64,000 nucleotides of DNA from positions 274,436-338,435 of IMG/VR virus record IMGVR_UViG_3300032334_001259. One strand, given 5' to 3'. Position numbers and translations under genes: made by a program. Positions within the stretch are counted from its first letter, which is position 1; each line of letters begins with the position of its first letter. Shown piece by piece: positions 28,006 through 37,306 of the stretch. The notes under the pieces were generated by a model. The model searched no databases. It was not told the DNA's origin and saw only the letters and a program-made list of their open reading frames with translations.

Positions 28006-28989
28006 ATGCCCTTTTATGTATGGAACGGAACAGAGTTTACTAAAGATATCAAGTGGGTACCGAGTCAAGATGGTTCAGTGTTTCAAGCCGTTCCTCATGG
28101 TGACTATCAGAATATAGAGGAAGAAATTGTGAATCAGGAAACTATATTAAACTATTATGAAACACTGAATATAAGTGAACGTTCGGCGTTGATTGCAGCA
28201 CTACGCACAGATGAAGTGGCTATATTAGCACGTGAACGTGCTGAACTTATAGCACGTAATCTAGCACTTGGTGTACCTAATGGCAAGACTAGAGAAGAAT
28301 ATAGCACCAGTGCTTGGCAAATAAAACAAGACTATCCAGACAGCGAAGATGGTGTATACTGGATTCGTAATGATAACTTTAACAACGGCAACCCAGTACA
28401 AGTCTATTGCGATATGACTACATTAGGTGGTGGTTGGACATTGGTTGTTCAAAATACTTATTGTAATTGGACAGAAGAACAAGTGTTTAGTCGCAACGCT
28501 ACTACTTGTCCTACTCAACTAGCCACCTATGAAAATAGATCTAGTGAACAGAATTACAGTATTCTATCTTGGGCAGACAAGATCAAACGTGCAGAGTCAG
28601 GATTTGATTTTATGATTTGTGCTCGTGAACATGGATCAGCTGGTGGTGCATGGACTGCTAACGAATCATATTCATTTGTGCAAACTCTTGAAGAAGGTAG
28701 TTTGGGCGATCCAGATTTAGGAACAGCAGGTTGGCGTAAGAACATTACAGAATTGGCACGTTGGGGCTACAATGGTAACACATGGAACTATACGTCAGAA
28801 GCCATGGAAGCACGTATGCCTTGGGTAGGTATTGGTATTAACTATGGTTGGCTAACTACAGATGGATTCCGTGGCGGATGGTGGGGCACAATAATCAGCA
28901 ATCCCAATGGTGGGTTTGATCCAGCACCTTGGTTAAGCAATCTCCAAGACTGTGGAAGTCCAGGTGTCATCTGGTATTGGGTAAGGTAA
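28006..28989 (+). CDS. fibrinogen C-terminal-like domain protein
   Basis: SAWQIK..YPDSEDGVYWI...VYCDMTTLGGGWTLV. Confidence 0.8.
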   Translation: MPFYVWNGTEFTKDIKWVPSQDGSVFQAVPHGDYQNIEEEIVNQETILNYYETLNISERSALIAALRTDEVAILARERAELIARNLALGVPNGKTREEYSTSAWQIKQDYPDSEDGVYWIRNDNFNNGNPVQVYCDMTTLGGGWTLVVQNTYCNWTEEQVFSRNATTCPTQLATYENRSSEQNYSILSWADKIKRAESGFDFMICAREHGSAGGAWTANESYSFVQTLEEGSLGDPDLGTAGWRKNITELARWGYNGNTWNYTSEAMEARMPWVGIGINYGWLTTDGFRGGWWGTIISNPNGGFDPAPWLSNLQDCGSPGVIWYWVR

Positions 28990-28991
28990 GA

Positions 28992-29363
28992 ATGGAAATG
29001 GATTTAGTAGCAAACATCAACAAATATGGGTTTCCTATTGTAGCAGCAGGTGGAGTAGGTTATATGATCTACTTCGTATGGAAATGGGCAACCACAGAAG
29101 TTAAACCTGTATTAAGTGAAGCAAACACAGTTCTTATTGCACTTATAGATCGTATCCGTATGCTTGACAATGACTTAATACGCCTAAATCAAAAACTTAA
29201 TATTGTCCTCATGTTACGTGGCAAAGAGATTGAAAGTCAACGTCATCTTGATGATGCAAAAGCCGCAGTAGCTGCACAACAAGTAGAGTTGGAAGCAGAA
29301 AAAACTCTTAAAGAAGCTGCTGACAAGTTAAGTGAAGCAAATCAACAAAAGGATAAAAAATAA
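28992..29363 (+). CDS. membrane protein with coiled-coil tail
   Basis: YGFPIVAAGG TM segment; RIRMLDNDLIRL. Confidence 0.7.
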   Translation: MEMDLVANINKYGFPIVAAGGVGYMIYFVWKWATTEVKPVLSEANTVLIALIDRIRMLDNDLIRLNQKLNIVLMLRGKEIESQRHLDDAKAAVAAQQVELEAEKTLKEAADKLSEANQQKDKK

Positions 29364-29629
29364 TGGCTATAGATGCAATACAAAAACAAGATTTAACAGA
29401 AGCACGTAATCGTGAAGTAGAACTACTTAAAAGTGGTGATAAAACAGCAAGTCACTTCTTATATTGGTATGCTTGGTTTTGGGCTGTAACCAGTGCGGCA
29501 TACTTCTTTACAGTTACTCTTGTTCCAATTACTGATAATGGTCAGCACTTTGCAGATATTATTCTTGGATTCTTGCTTGGAACAGCAGTAGCAACTATAA
29601 TTGGTTACTTCTACGGTAGTAGTAAGTAA
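29363..29629 (+). CDS. small 2-TM membrane protein (holin-like)
   Basis: ILGFLLGTAVATIIGYFYGSS. Confidence 0.55.
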   Translation: MAIDAIQKQDLTEARNREVELLKSGDKTASHFLYWYAWFWAVTSAAYFFTVTLVPITDNGQHFADIILGFLLGTAVATIIGYFYGSSK

Positions 29630-31675
29630 TTACTTGGTGCTGGTTCTGTAAACAGTATCCCAACCAGCGCCTGGTGGGTTTGCAGCCATTTCTTCACAAC
29701 GTTCAATCCACATATCATAATATCCATCCATTTGCCCGTCAAATTGACCTTTAATTTTTTTACAAATTTCTATTGCACTTGTAAATCTTTGAGCACGATA
29801 GTCATCCATCATGTGTTTATGATTAGTTTTAGCAGCAAGATATGCAATTCTATCACTGCGTTGTTCTAATACTGTAAAGATATCAACACCTTCTTTTTTA
29901 CCTTTAACCGCAATGCAGTCTAATTCAAGTGTAAAGTAATCATCTTTTACATATTCATTTGTCTTTGGTCCAATAACCATAGCAACATGATATGGTTTAC
30001 TTTGCCCTTCTAAACGTGAAGCAAGATTAACGCCATCACCAAGACAAGTATAATCAAATCGCTGGCTACTACCCATGTTACCAACGACGACAGTAGCAGT
30101 GTTGATACCAAGTCCCATTCCAAAAGGTGGGACTCCCTCTTTGGCAACTTCTTCATTAAACGCATTTAAACTTCCTAACATTTGTAGTGCTGTCTTTACA
30201 GCGTTCTTGGCATGATCTGCATCATCAAGTGGTGCGTTCCAAAATGCCATTTGTGCATCACCGATATATTTGTCAAGTGTGCCTTCATTCTCTAATATCT
30301 TAGCAGTCATCGCTGTCATATAGCGGTTCATTATTTTGGTAAGACCTTGAACGTCACTACCGTAATGCTCAGAAATGCTAGTAAAACCCCTAACATCGGT
30401 AAATATAATTGATAACTCACGTGACTCTCCTCCCAATGCTAATAGTTCTGGATTCTTTTGAAGTTTTTCAACCATTGCAGGTGAAAGATAAGTTCCAAAT
30501 TGTTTCTTTATTTGTTGCTTTTGTAAGAACTCACTGACGAACTTAACACCGTAGGCATGCAAAGCGACCAAGATGATTCCAGCAACAGGAGCGGTTGCGT
30601 CCCATAACTGTAAAGCGTGATTAAACTGATAGAAAGAAAAAGCAATACTGCCGCCGACCAATACAATAACCGAACCAAGCCCAACATATACCCACCTCGT
30701 CAAGAATAATAATAACAGTCCACCAATTACGAGTGCAATAAGTTCTGCACCTTCTGCATAACTTGGACGTTCAATGTTAACCTTATTTGCCAACGTAGCA
30801 ATAATCTTTGCTTGTATATCTTGTGGATATACTGCACCAACAGCAGTAGGAACAGGGTTTGCAATACCAGCAGCACTAACACCAACAATAACAATTGCGC
30901 CATCAAACTTTTCTGGCATATTTGTAACGCTTACTTGTTTGTGTTGTTGACTTAAATCAATCCATACACGACCTAAACTATCAGTTGTGAATATATTTTT
31001 ACCAATACCAAGTTTATCAATTCCAAGTTCATTTAACTTAACTTTCATATTCTTTTCATTATAAAGAACACGAAGTGTTTCAAGACCGATTGTAGGATAA
31101 AGTTTACCACCACTGCCAACAAGCAGCGGAATACGACGATTAACACCATCTATTTCAGGAAATACGTTTGTTGTTCCAACACCAATTGCACTATTTTCTA
31201 AATCTGGAATGTTGGCAATAACACCAGGATAATTGTAAATTCTATCAATAAAATTACTGTTGACAATGGCGGCACCATTTGGGCGTGGTGTGTTCTTGCC
31301 TACGCTACTTGGAATATTACTTAAAATTACTGGATGATTTTTAAGAGTTTCAGCAAGTGCAGCGTCACCACCTTGGCGGTCTGCTTCTGGCATTAACACT
31401 GTCCAAACAACAATGCTTGCACCACGTGCATAAATGTCGTTAATTATATCCGCATATATCTGTCTATTAAACGGCCATTGTCCATACTTGTTAAGTGCGG
31501 CTTCATCAATATTAACTGTATAAATTGGGTTTTCAGTTTGTGTTTTATTTGTGATAAGTTGGTCAAAGTATTTTAACTTGACGCTTTCAACAAATGTAGG
31601 TGATGAAACTTTTATGGCAACTACGATTGCCAATGTTATGAGTGCAGTCCATGGGCTTAATAGAATTTTTTTCAT
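29630..31675 (-). CDS. CHASE2-domain class III adenylate/guanylate cyclase
   Basis: IDEAAL..GQWPFNR and DGVNRRIPL (CHASE2); 3 TM; FTDVRGFT, DKYIGDAQMAFWNAP, GNMGS..RFDYT..GDGVNLASRLEG, VKGK. Confidence 0.93.
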   Translation of the reverse strand: MKKILLSPWTALITLAIVVAIKVSSPTFVESVKLKYFDQLITNKTQTENPIYTVNIDEAALNKYGQWPFNRQIYADIINDIYARGASIVVWTVLMPEADRQGGDAALAETLKNHPVILSNIPSSVGKNTPRPNGAAIVNSNFIDRIYNYPGVIANIPDLENSAIGVGTTNVFPEIDGVNRRIPLLVGSGGKLYPTIGLETLRVLYNEKNMKVKLNELGIDKLGIGKNIFTTDSLGRVWIDLSQQHKQVSVTNMPEKFDGAIVIVGVSAAGIANPVPTAVGAVYPQDIQAKIIATLANKVNIERPSYAEGAELIALVIGGLLLLFLTRWVYVGLGSVIVLVGGSIAFSFYQFNHALQLWDATAPVAGIILVALHAYGVKFVSEFLQKQQIKKQFGTYLSPAMVEKLQKNPELLALGGESRELSIIFTDVRGFTSISEHYGSDVQGLTKIMNRYMTAMTAKILENEGTLDKYIGDAQMAFWNAPLDDADHAKNAVKTALQMLGSLNAFNEEVAKEGVPPFGMGLGINTATVVVGNMGSSQRFDYTCLGDGVNLASRLEGQSKPYHVAMVIGPKTNEYVKDDYFTLELDCIAVKGKKEGVDIFTVLEQRSDRIAYLAAKTNHKHMMDDYRAQRFTSAIEICKKIKGQFDGQMDGYYDMWIERCEEMAANPPGAGWDTVYRTSTK

Positions 31676-31698
31676 GGTAATATTTACCCAAGAAAAAA

Positions 31699-31722
31699 CC
31701 CCGTAAATTTCTTTACGGGGTC
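31699..31722. terminator. intrinsic terminator-like hairpin
   Basis: ACCCCGTAAA-TTTC-TTTACGGGGT with U-tract on minus strand. Confidence 0.7.
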
Positions 31723-31730
31723 TTATTAAA

Positions 31731-33608
31731 TTAAAATTCAAAGACTTTTTCTAAATTATCAGAAATTAAAATACCATCTTCAATTTCTTTAACTTTTACT
31801 TTAAGTTGCTTTGTGCAGTCAGTTAAATCATAAATTAAACTATCCGCATGAGTAGTAAGTGAAACTGGGTGCAATGCCTTTTCAATTTCTTCTTGATCAT
31901 ACCCAATTCGTTTCTTTTTTGCCATTGAGTAAACCACCGCACGAGTAACTAACCATGCCATTTCATTAGATGCAATTTCTTTTGCTGCATCTTTTATTTT
32001 TTCAAATATTTCTTCTTCTCTGGTTTGATATTCTGCAACTAGTTCTTCTACTGCCTTATCTACAACTTCATACATGCAATTTACATAAATTGCCTGATCT
32101 TCAATATATTCTGCAGCACGATGTTCTAAACTTGTAGCACTTGCTTTTTCTAAATCATCTTCTGTTCTAATAAATTGAATTGCAGGCACTGTGGCGGCAA
32201 TTTGAAAATTACTGCCTGGCACATATGGAATTTGTTTTGTTTTAGGACTTTTTACAGCGTTGAAACTATTGCCAGCACCTTTTTTCTTACTAGGTGCCAA
32301 GAATCCTGTTTGCCCTTTATCTCTTGTTACGGTAACCATAAGTTCATCAAGTAATTGTTGTGCACGTTTAGTAATATCTTCACTACTGACATTTGATGGT
32401 GCATATTCTCTAATTTTTTCTTTAAACCATTCAGGCATATTTTCACGAATTTCACGTGCATATTCTAACATTTGAATTTCAGTTTTTTCAGCATTTGGTT
32501 TTAATATTTTTTGACGATACTGATCTGGTTGTACATTGCTTTCGTCTGGCAACTCAACAAAAATGCGAAAATATCTAGCACTGTATAAAACACCTAATGC
32601 ACCTGCAATCTTTTTCCATTTACTATCAGTTGCAACATCATAAATTTCATTTTTATAAACAAGACCACTAAAGGAAGCAACAGTAGCATAACCTAATGCA
32701 GTAGTAGTTGGTTTATCTTGGTTAGCATATCCTGAAAAACCACTTGGACCATCATAAACATACCAAATTTTTATACCACTTCCATTTTTGTCATTAACAA
32801 ATTCTTGAATAACCTTATCGGGTTTTGACATAGAAGTATGTGTAATATGTTCTAAAATTGTTAAGAATCGTATATTAAGATGTTTATGTTTTGAAAAACC
32901 AACTTCTAATCGCAAACTGACGGTATTTGGAATTCGGAAAAAACGACGATACATTTGATTGATTAACCATGCACTAGGTTTCTGTTCTTCACCATCATAG
33001 GGACGTTCAACCGTATTTTGATTAGGATTATTACCACAAAGCACAATTGCTGTCCAATCTTCATTGGTATCCCATGGTATTGTTGCAAGTCCAGTAATAT
33101 CCCAAACATCCTTATACCCAGTTGGACTTTCACCATCTGTTTCTACAAAATCATAACGGCAATAATTTGCTTGTCCTTTGCTATTAATTTCTTTTCGTAA
33201 AAGTGAAATGGAAACTTTCTTATTCTTACATGAAATCCAAATCATTCCTTCTTGATTTACACCCATTGCTGTAACTTTTGCGCCGATACCAAAATTTTGA
33301 TCAAGGCGTTGAATTTTGTTGAGTGATGATGATAAATTAGTAACTTCTCGCAATTCTTTGGCAGACATACCAGTGCCATTATTCCAGAAAGTAAGTTTTT
33401 TTATATTAAAACCAAAATCACCAAAAACATTTTCGTTAAATCCAAAAACAGAAGGATCAGTTTCTAGTATTTGAATTTTTGGTTCTTTTGCTGTGATAGA
33501 TGCTTCAATGGAATTTTGAATTAATTCTCGTATCATCATTTCACTTGGGGCTTGTTCAATTGTACGAGTAATAAGATAAGACGTATTTGTAACGTTTAAT
33601 GCAGTCAT
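31731..33608 (-). CDS. GHKL (Hsp90/MORC-like) ATPase domain protein
   Basis: IRELIQNSIEA, NNGTGMS, FGIGAK, WTAIVL. Confidence 0.8.
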   Translation of the reverse strand: MTALNVTNTSYLITRTIEQAPSEMMIRELIQNSIEASITAKEPKIQILETDPSVFGFNENVFGDFGFNIKKLTFWNNGTGMSAKELREVTNLSSSLNKIQRLDQNFGIGAKVTAMGVNQEGMIWISCKNKKVSISLLRKEINSKGQANYCRYDFVETDGESPTGYKDVWDITGLATIPWDTNEDWTAIVLCGNNPNQNTVERPYDGEEQKPSAWLINQMYRRFFRIPNTVSLRLEVGFSKHKHLNIRFLTILEHITHTSMSKPDKVIQEFVNDKNGSGIKIWYVYDGPSGFSGYANQDKPTTTALGYATVASFSGLVYKNEIYDVATDSKWKKIAGALGVLYSARYFRIFVELPDESNVQPDQYRQKILKPNAEKTEIQMLEYAREIRENMPEWFKEKIREYAPSNVSSEDITKRAQQLLDELMVTVTRDKGQTGFLAPSKKKGAGNSFNAVKSPKTKQIPYVPGSNFQIAATVPAIQFIRTEDDLEKASATSLEHRAAEYIEDQAIYVNCMYEVVDKAVEELVAEYQTREEEIFEKIKDAAKEIASNEMAWLVTRAVVYSMAKKKRIGYDQEEIEKALHPVSLTTHADSLIYDLTDCTKQLKVKVKEIEDGILISDNLEKVFEF

Positions 33609-33723
33609 AATGTTTTCCTTTTATAAGTTCTTAAAACTAACCAACTATGTGGTAACTATGTTTTAGGTAATAATACTTATTATACACACTCTGCATAAAA
33701 AAATAAAATTAATTTTTTTAAAA

Positions 33724-33857
33724 AAGTGCGGGTAGGATTTATACCTACAATTTGATGGTATTAACAAGCTACAGATTTAACAGACCCTTGCTTTCTAGTT
33801 CCTTTATTTCCATCATGCCGATACTCCAATACGTGTCCTGCCCACGCCGCCGCACTT
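33724..33857 (-). ncRNA. tRNA-like structured ncRNA A (134 nt, no anticodon arm)
   Basis: Terminal stem AAGTGCGG/CCGCACTT, D-like arm CGTG-GGCAGGA-CACG, T-like arm GTAGG-TATAAAT-CCTAC; own TTGACA-N17-TATAAA promoter; T-tract after. Confidence 0.7.
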
Positions 33858-33887
33858 ATCTCTTTATATATTATTGTATTAGTGCTG

Positions 33888-34889
33888 TCAATGTATTTGT
33901 TGTAAGTTTTTTAAAAAACTATTTGTGCATTTTTCCCAAGTATAATCTTTGCTTATTTTATGTACATTTTTGCGATTACAGTCTAGTGCATATTCAATGG
34001 CAATTTGTAAATTGTCATCCATAGCACCATTTACACCATTTATTATAATATCAGTTGGACCTGTAACTGGATATGCTGCAATTGGTGTTCCACATGCCAT
34101 TGCTTCTAACATTACCACACCAAAGGTATCAGTCTTACTTGGAAATACAAATACATCTGAGTTAGCATAATATTCAGCAAGTGCATCACCATGTTTATAA
34201 CCTGTAAAAATTACGTCGTTATATTTCTTTTTTAATTCTGCCAAGTATGGACCATCACCAACTAATATTTTTGTTCCGTCAGTTTTTAGACTGCAAAAAT
34301 CATCTAAACCTTTTTCTATGCTTGCACGACTTACGCAAAGTAATATAGGTTTAGTTGCTTGATTTGACTTACGTTTTTTGGGATTAAATATTTTAGTATC
34401 AACTCCACGATTCCATACAGCAAGACGTTCAAATCCACGTCCTTGTAATTCTTGTCGCATAGTTTCATTTGTAACTAAAACCCGTGTGCTAAACTTATGA
34501 AACCAACGAATAAACCAATAACCCCAATCTACGGGTATATTAAAATATTTGTTAAAGTATTCTGGAAATTTTGTATGATAACTTGTGTTATGTGGAATAC
34601 TGCGCTTATCTACTTTGCAATACCAACGTGCGGCAAATCCTAATGGACCCTCTGTAGCAATATGAATAGCATCTGGCTTAAACGATTCAATCATGGGACC
34701 AACACGCCAAATATTAAGTGTAAGTTTTATTTCTGGATAACCTGGCGCTGGCACAGTCTTAAATTGACTAGGTTCAATAACCTGAACTATATGTCCAAGT
34801 CGTTCTAACTCTGCAACAGTGTTTATAAGAGTTGTAACAACACCATTTACACTTGGTGCGTATGTATCAGTTACCAGTGAGATTCGCAT
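33888..34889 (-). CDS. GT4 glycosyltransferase
   Basis: TDTYAPSVNGVV, HIATEGPLG, RGVD, VFPSKTDTFGVVMLEAMACG. Confidence 0.92.
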   Translation of the reverse strand: MRISLVTDTYAPSVNGVVTTLINTVAELERLGHIVQVIEPSQFKTVPAPGYPEIKLTLNIWRVGPMIESFKPDAIHIATEGPLGFAARWYCKVDKRSIPHNTSYHTKFPEYFNKYFNIPVDWGYWFIRWFHKFSTRVLVTNETMRQELQGRGFERLAVWNRGVDTKIFNPKKRKSNQATKPILLCVSRASIEKGLDDFCSLKTDGTKILVGDGPYLAELKKKYNDVIFTGYKHGDALAEYYANSDVFVFPSKTDTFGVVMLEAMACGTPIAAYPVTGPTDIIINGVNGAMDDNLQIAIEYALDCNRKNVHKISKDYTWEKCTNSFLKNLQQIH

Positions 34890-35616
34890 TTTTATATTTA
34901 ATTATAAACCAATGACCATTATAATCTTCAACTAATGCTGTGCAACTTTCAACCCAATCACCGCAATTCATATATTTTATATCACCTATTTCACGTATAT
35001 TTGCGTGATGTATATGTCCGCATATAATTCCATTTGCACCACGTGTTCTCGCAAAACTAGCAAGATTATCTTCAAAATCACCAATAAAGTTTACTGCCTT
35101 TTTAACTTTATATTTTGCCCAAGCACTTAAACTCCAATATGGTAACTTAAATAAATTTCTAATTCTTGCTATAACAACATTTAATGCAATTGTTAAATCA
35201 TATGCCCAACTACCAATATGACTTAACCATTTCATATTTTTAATAACAACATCAAACTGGTCTCCATGCATAACAATATATTTTTTACCATCTAAGCTGG
35301 CATGTGTAATATTATCCACGAGACAAATATTACCAAAGCTATACTCTCCAAATGTTCGTAAAAATTCATCGTGATTTCCTGGCAAATAATAGACTTGAAC
35401 GCCTTTTCTTGCCAAACGCATAAGTTTTTGGATTACATCATTATGATGTTGCGGCCAGTAAAAACTTTTAGCCATTGCCCAACCATCAATTATGTCACCA
35501 ACAAGATACAGACGTTCACACTCAAAAGTTTTAATAAATTCAAGCAAATCATTTGCTTGACTCATACGAGTGCCTAAATGCACATCGCTTATAAAGACAC
35601 TACGATAATAATTCAT
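34867..35616 (-). CDS. LpxH-like (UDP-2,3-diacylglucosamine hydrolase family) metallophosphoesterase
   Basis: SDVHLG, GDIIDGW, PGNHD, HGDQFD, CGHIH, NCGDWVES. Confidence 0.88.
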   Translation of the reverse strand: MNYYRSVFISDVHLGTRMSQANDLLEFIKTFECERLYLVGDIIDGWAMAKSFYWPQHHNDVIQKLMRLARKGVQVYYLPGNHDEFLRTFGEYSFGNICLVDNITHASLDGKKYIVMHGDQFDVVIKNMKWLSHIGSWAYDLTIALNVVIARIRNLFKLPYWSLSAWAKYKVKKAVNFIGDFEDNLASFARTRGANGIICGHIHHANIREIGDIKYMNCGDWVESCTALVEDYNGHWFIIKYKNANLTGN

Positions 35617-35660
35617 ATAAAATATTTACCTGACCATTTATGTAAGTTTTATGATGCTTT

Positions 35661-36191
35661 TTAGTGTTTAGTATAAGAATAACCACTACAAGGAGGAGTT
35701 AAACATTGTATATTCATATTGCTACTATCTGGTGTATTAAGGTTATCTTGCACAACAGTTGCACCAATATCACTACCACTCAAATTAAGAACAAAACTTT
35801 TATTAGCATCGCCAGTTTGGGTAATACTTGCATTATTATTGTTGTTTTGTGTTGTAGCATCCAAATTAATGGCGGCAGTATGATTACCGCTACCATTTTG
35901 TAAAATAGTAAGTGTGTTGTTATTGTTATTTGAAGCATTTGTATTAGTATTGTAAGTCCCATCATAATTTTTTCCTACTGGTGGTGTTCCAATAAAAGCA
36001 AGATGATCTCCGCTTCCTTCTTGAACTATTGTATGATTATTACTATCGCCTTTGTTTAGTAGAATTGCTTCACTATTTCCACTTGAACTTTGGTCTAGGT
36101 AAAAAATATTTCCATTTCCAACTTGATCAATATAAACACTGCCTGCGTAACAAGGTGTGGTAATCATTAGTAAGAATAATAATTTTTTCAT
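35661..36191 (-). CDS. secreted curlin-like repeat protein
   Basis: Signal peptide; VYIDQVGNGN, QEGSGDH, QNGSGNH, QTGDAN repeats. Confidence 0.7.
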   Translation of the reverse strand: MKKLLFLLMITTPCYAGSVYIDQVGNGNIFYLDQSSSGNSEAILLNKGDSNNHTIVQEGSGDHLAFIGTPPVGKNYDGTYNTNTNASNNNNNTLTILQNGSGNHTAAINLDATTQNNNNNASITQTGDANKSFVLNLSGSDIGATVVQDNLNTPDSSNMNIQCLTPPCSGYSYTKH

Positions 36192-37306
36192 TGTGATTGT
36201 GCAATCCTTATCAAGCTACCGCCAGCATGTTGAACATTTTGAATAAGTGTAGTTCCATCTTGTGTTAATTGTATAGTTGTTGCACTATCCTTATCAACTC
36301 CAATTTGGCTAAAACTATTTGCGCCAACACGATATAGCACAACGGTTTGGTCTTGTTTATAATATAATAAACCAGCAGCTTTATTAGGTTTATAATTTGG
36401 CAACATTTGATTTTCACCACCCAACATACTTTCAAGTAGTGCAGCATTTAGCAAGTCAAGTTGATTTACCAATAATACAGAATCAAGTTGGTTAATATCA
36501 AGTTTGTTGAATCCCATAAGATAATTCATATCAAGTTCATCAAACTTTAGAAAATCTTTATCAAGAAAATTAATATCAAGTGCAGTTTTTTGTGTTGTTT
36601 CATTTTCTGCTGATTTCTTTGGTGGGGTTAAAATTAACATATTATTAATTTGTTCTTGATTTAACACAAGTATAACGGGTTTAGTTGGATTCTGTTCTTT
36701 TGCACTTGTAGTTGTTGCTTGAAATGGTTTATCAAGATGAACTGTACCCATATCAGTAGTGACATCAATCTTTCCAGTAACACAATCTTTTTCAATATTT
36801 TTGTAACCTACAGGACAGCTTGGCAACAGAACTACAAGACTGCGACCTAATTCATCAACTGTCATACTAAAGTCAGTTCCACGAACACCAATGACAGCAG
36901 TTGGTGTTTCAATTTTAACTTGCTGTGGATTTTCTTTTGCTATTTGTCCACTGGCATAGGTTGCAGTTCCAATAGCAACTTTAATACCAAGTTTGCTTGC
37001 ACTTGCATTATTTGGATCATATACAAAGTCATCAATTACAAGTTTACTTTGTTCAGTGATTTGCACTTTGGTATCATCTTCGAAAGTAATACCTACACGT
37101 GCACGAGCGGTGACAACGGCATCATTCATTTCAACGCCGCTGTTCACCGCACTTGGTATACTTTCTTTATCTCGTTGAATTTCAGTTGGTCCAGTTTGTT
37201 CAGTTACTTTACCAACAGCCGCCCAACAATCAGTTACTGCTGTTAACAGTAATACTGTTGTTAGAACCGTTGCTCTTGATATCAACTTTACTATCGATTG
37301 TGCCAC
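36188..37306 (-). CDS. FecR-domain periplasmic protein
   Basis: FEDDTKVQI..QSKLVIDDFVYDP, IETPTAVIGVRGTDF. Confidence 0.85.
   Translation of the reverse strand: MAQSIVKLISRATVLTTVLLLTAVTDCWAAVGKVTEQTGPTEIQRDKESIPSAVNSGVEMNDAVVTARARVGITFEDDTKVQITEQSKLVIDDFVYDPNNASASKLGIKVAIGTATYASGQIAKENPQQVKIETPTAVIGVRGTDFSMTVDELGRSLVVLLPSCPVGYKNIEKDCVTGKIDVTTDMGTVHLDKPFQATTTSAKEQNPTKPVILVLNQEQINNMLILTPPKKSAENETTQKTALDINFLDKDFLKFDELDMNYLMGFNKLDINQLDSVLLVNQLDLLNAALLESMLGGENQMLPNYKPNKAAGLLYYKQDQTVVLYRVGANSFSQIGVDKDSATTIQLTQDGTTLIQNVQHAGGSLIRIAQSQ

Noticed and set aside
33752-34024. Plus-strand 90-aa ORF across ncRNA A
   Set aside because: TTG start, no SD, antisense to GT4; the RNA structure and promoter explain the region better
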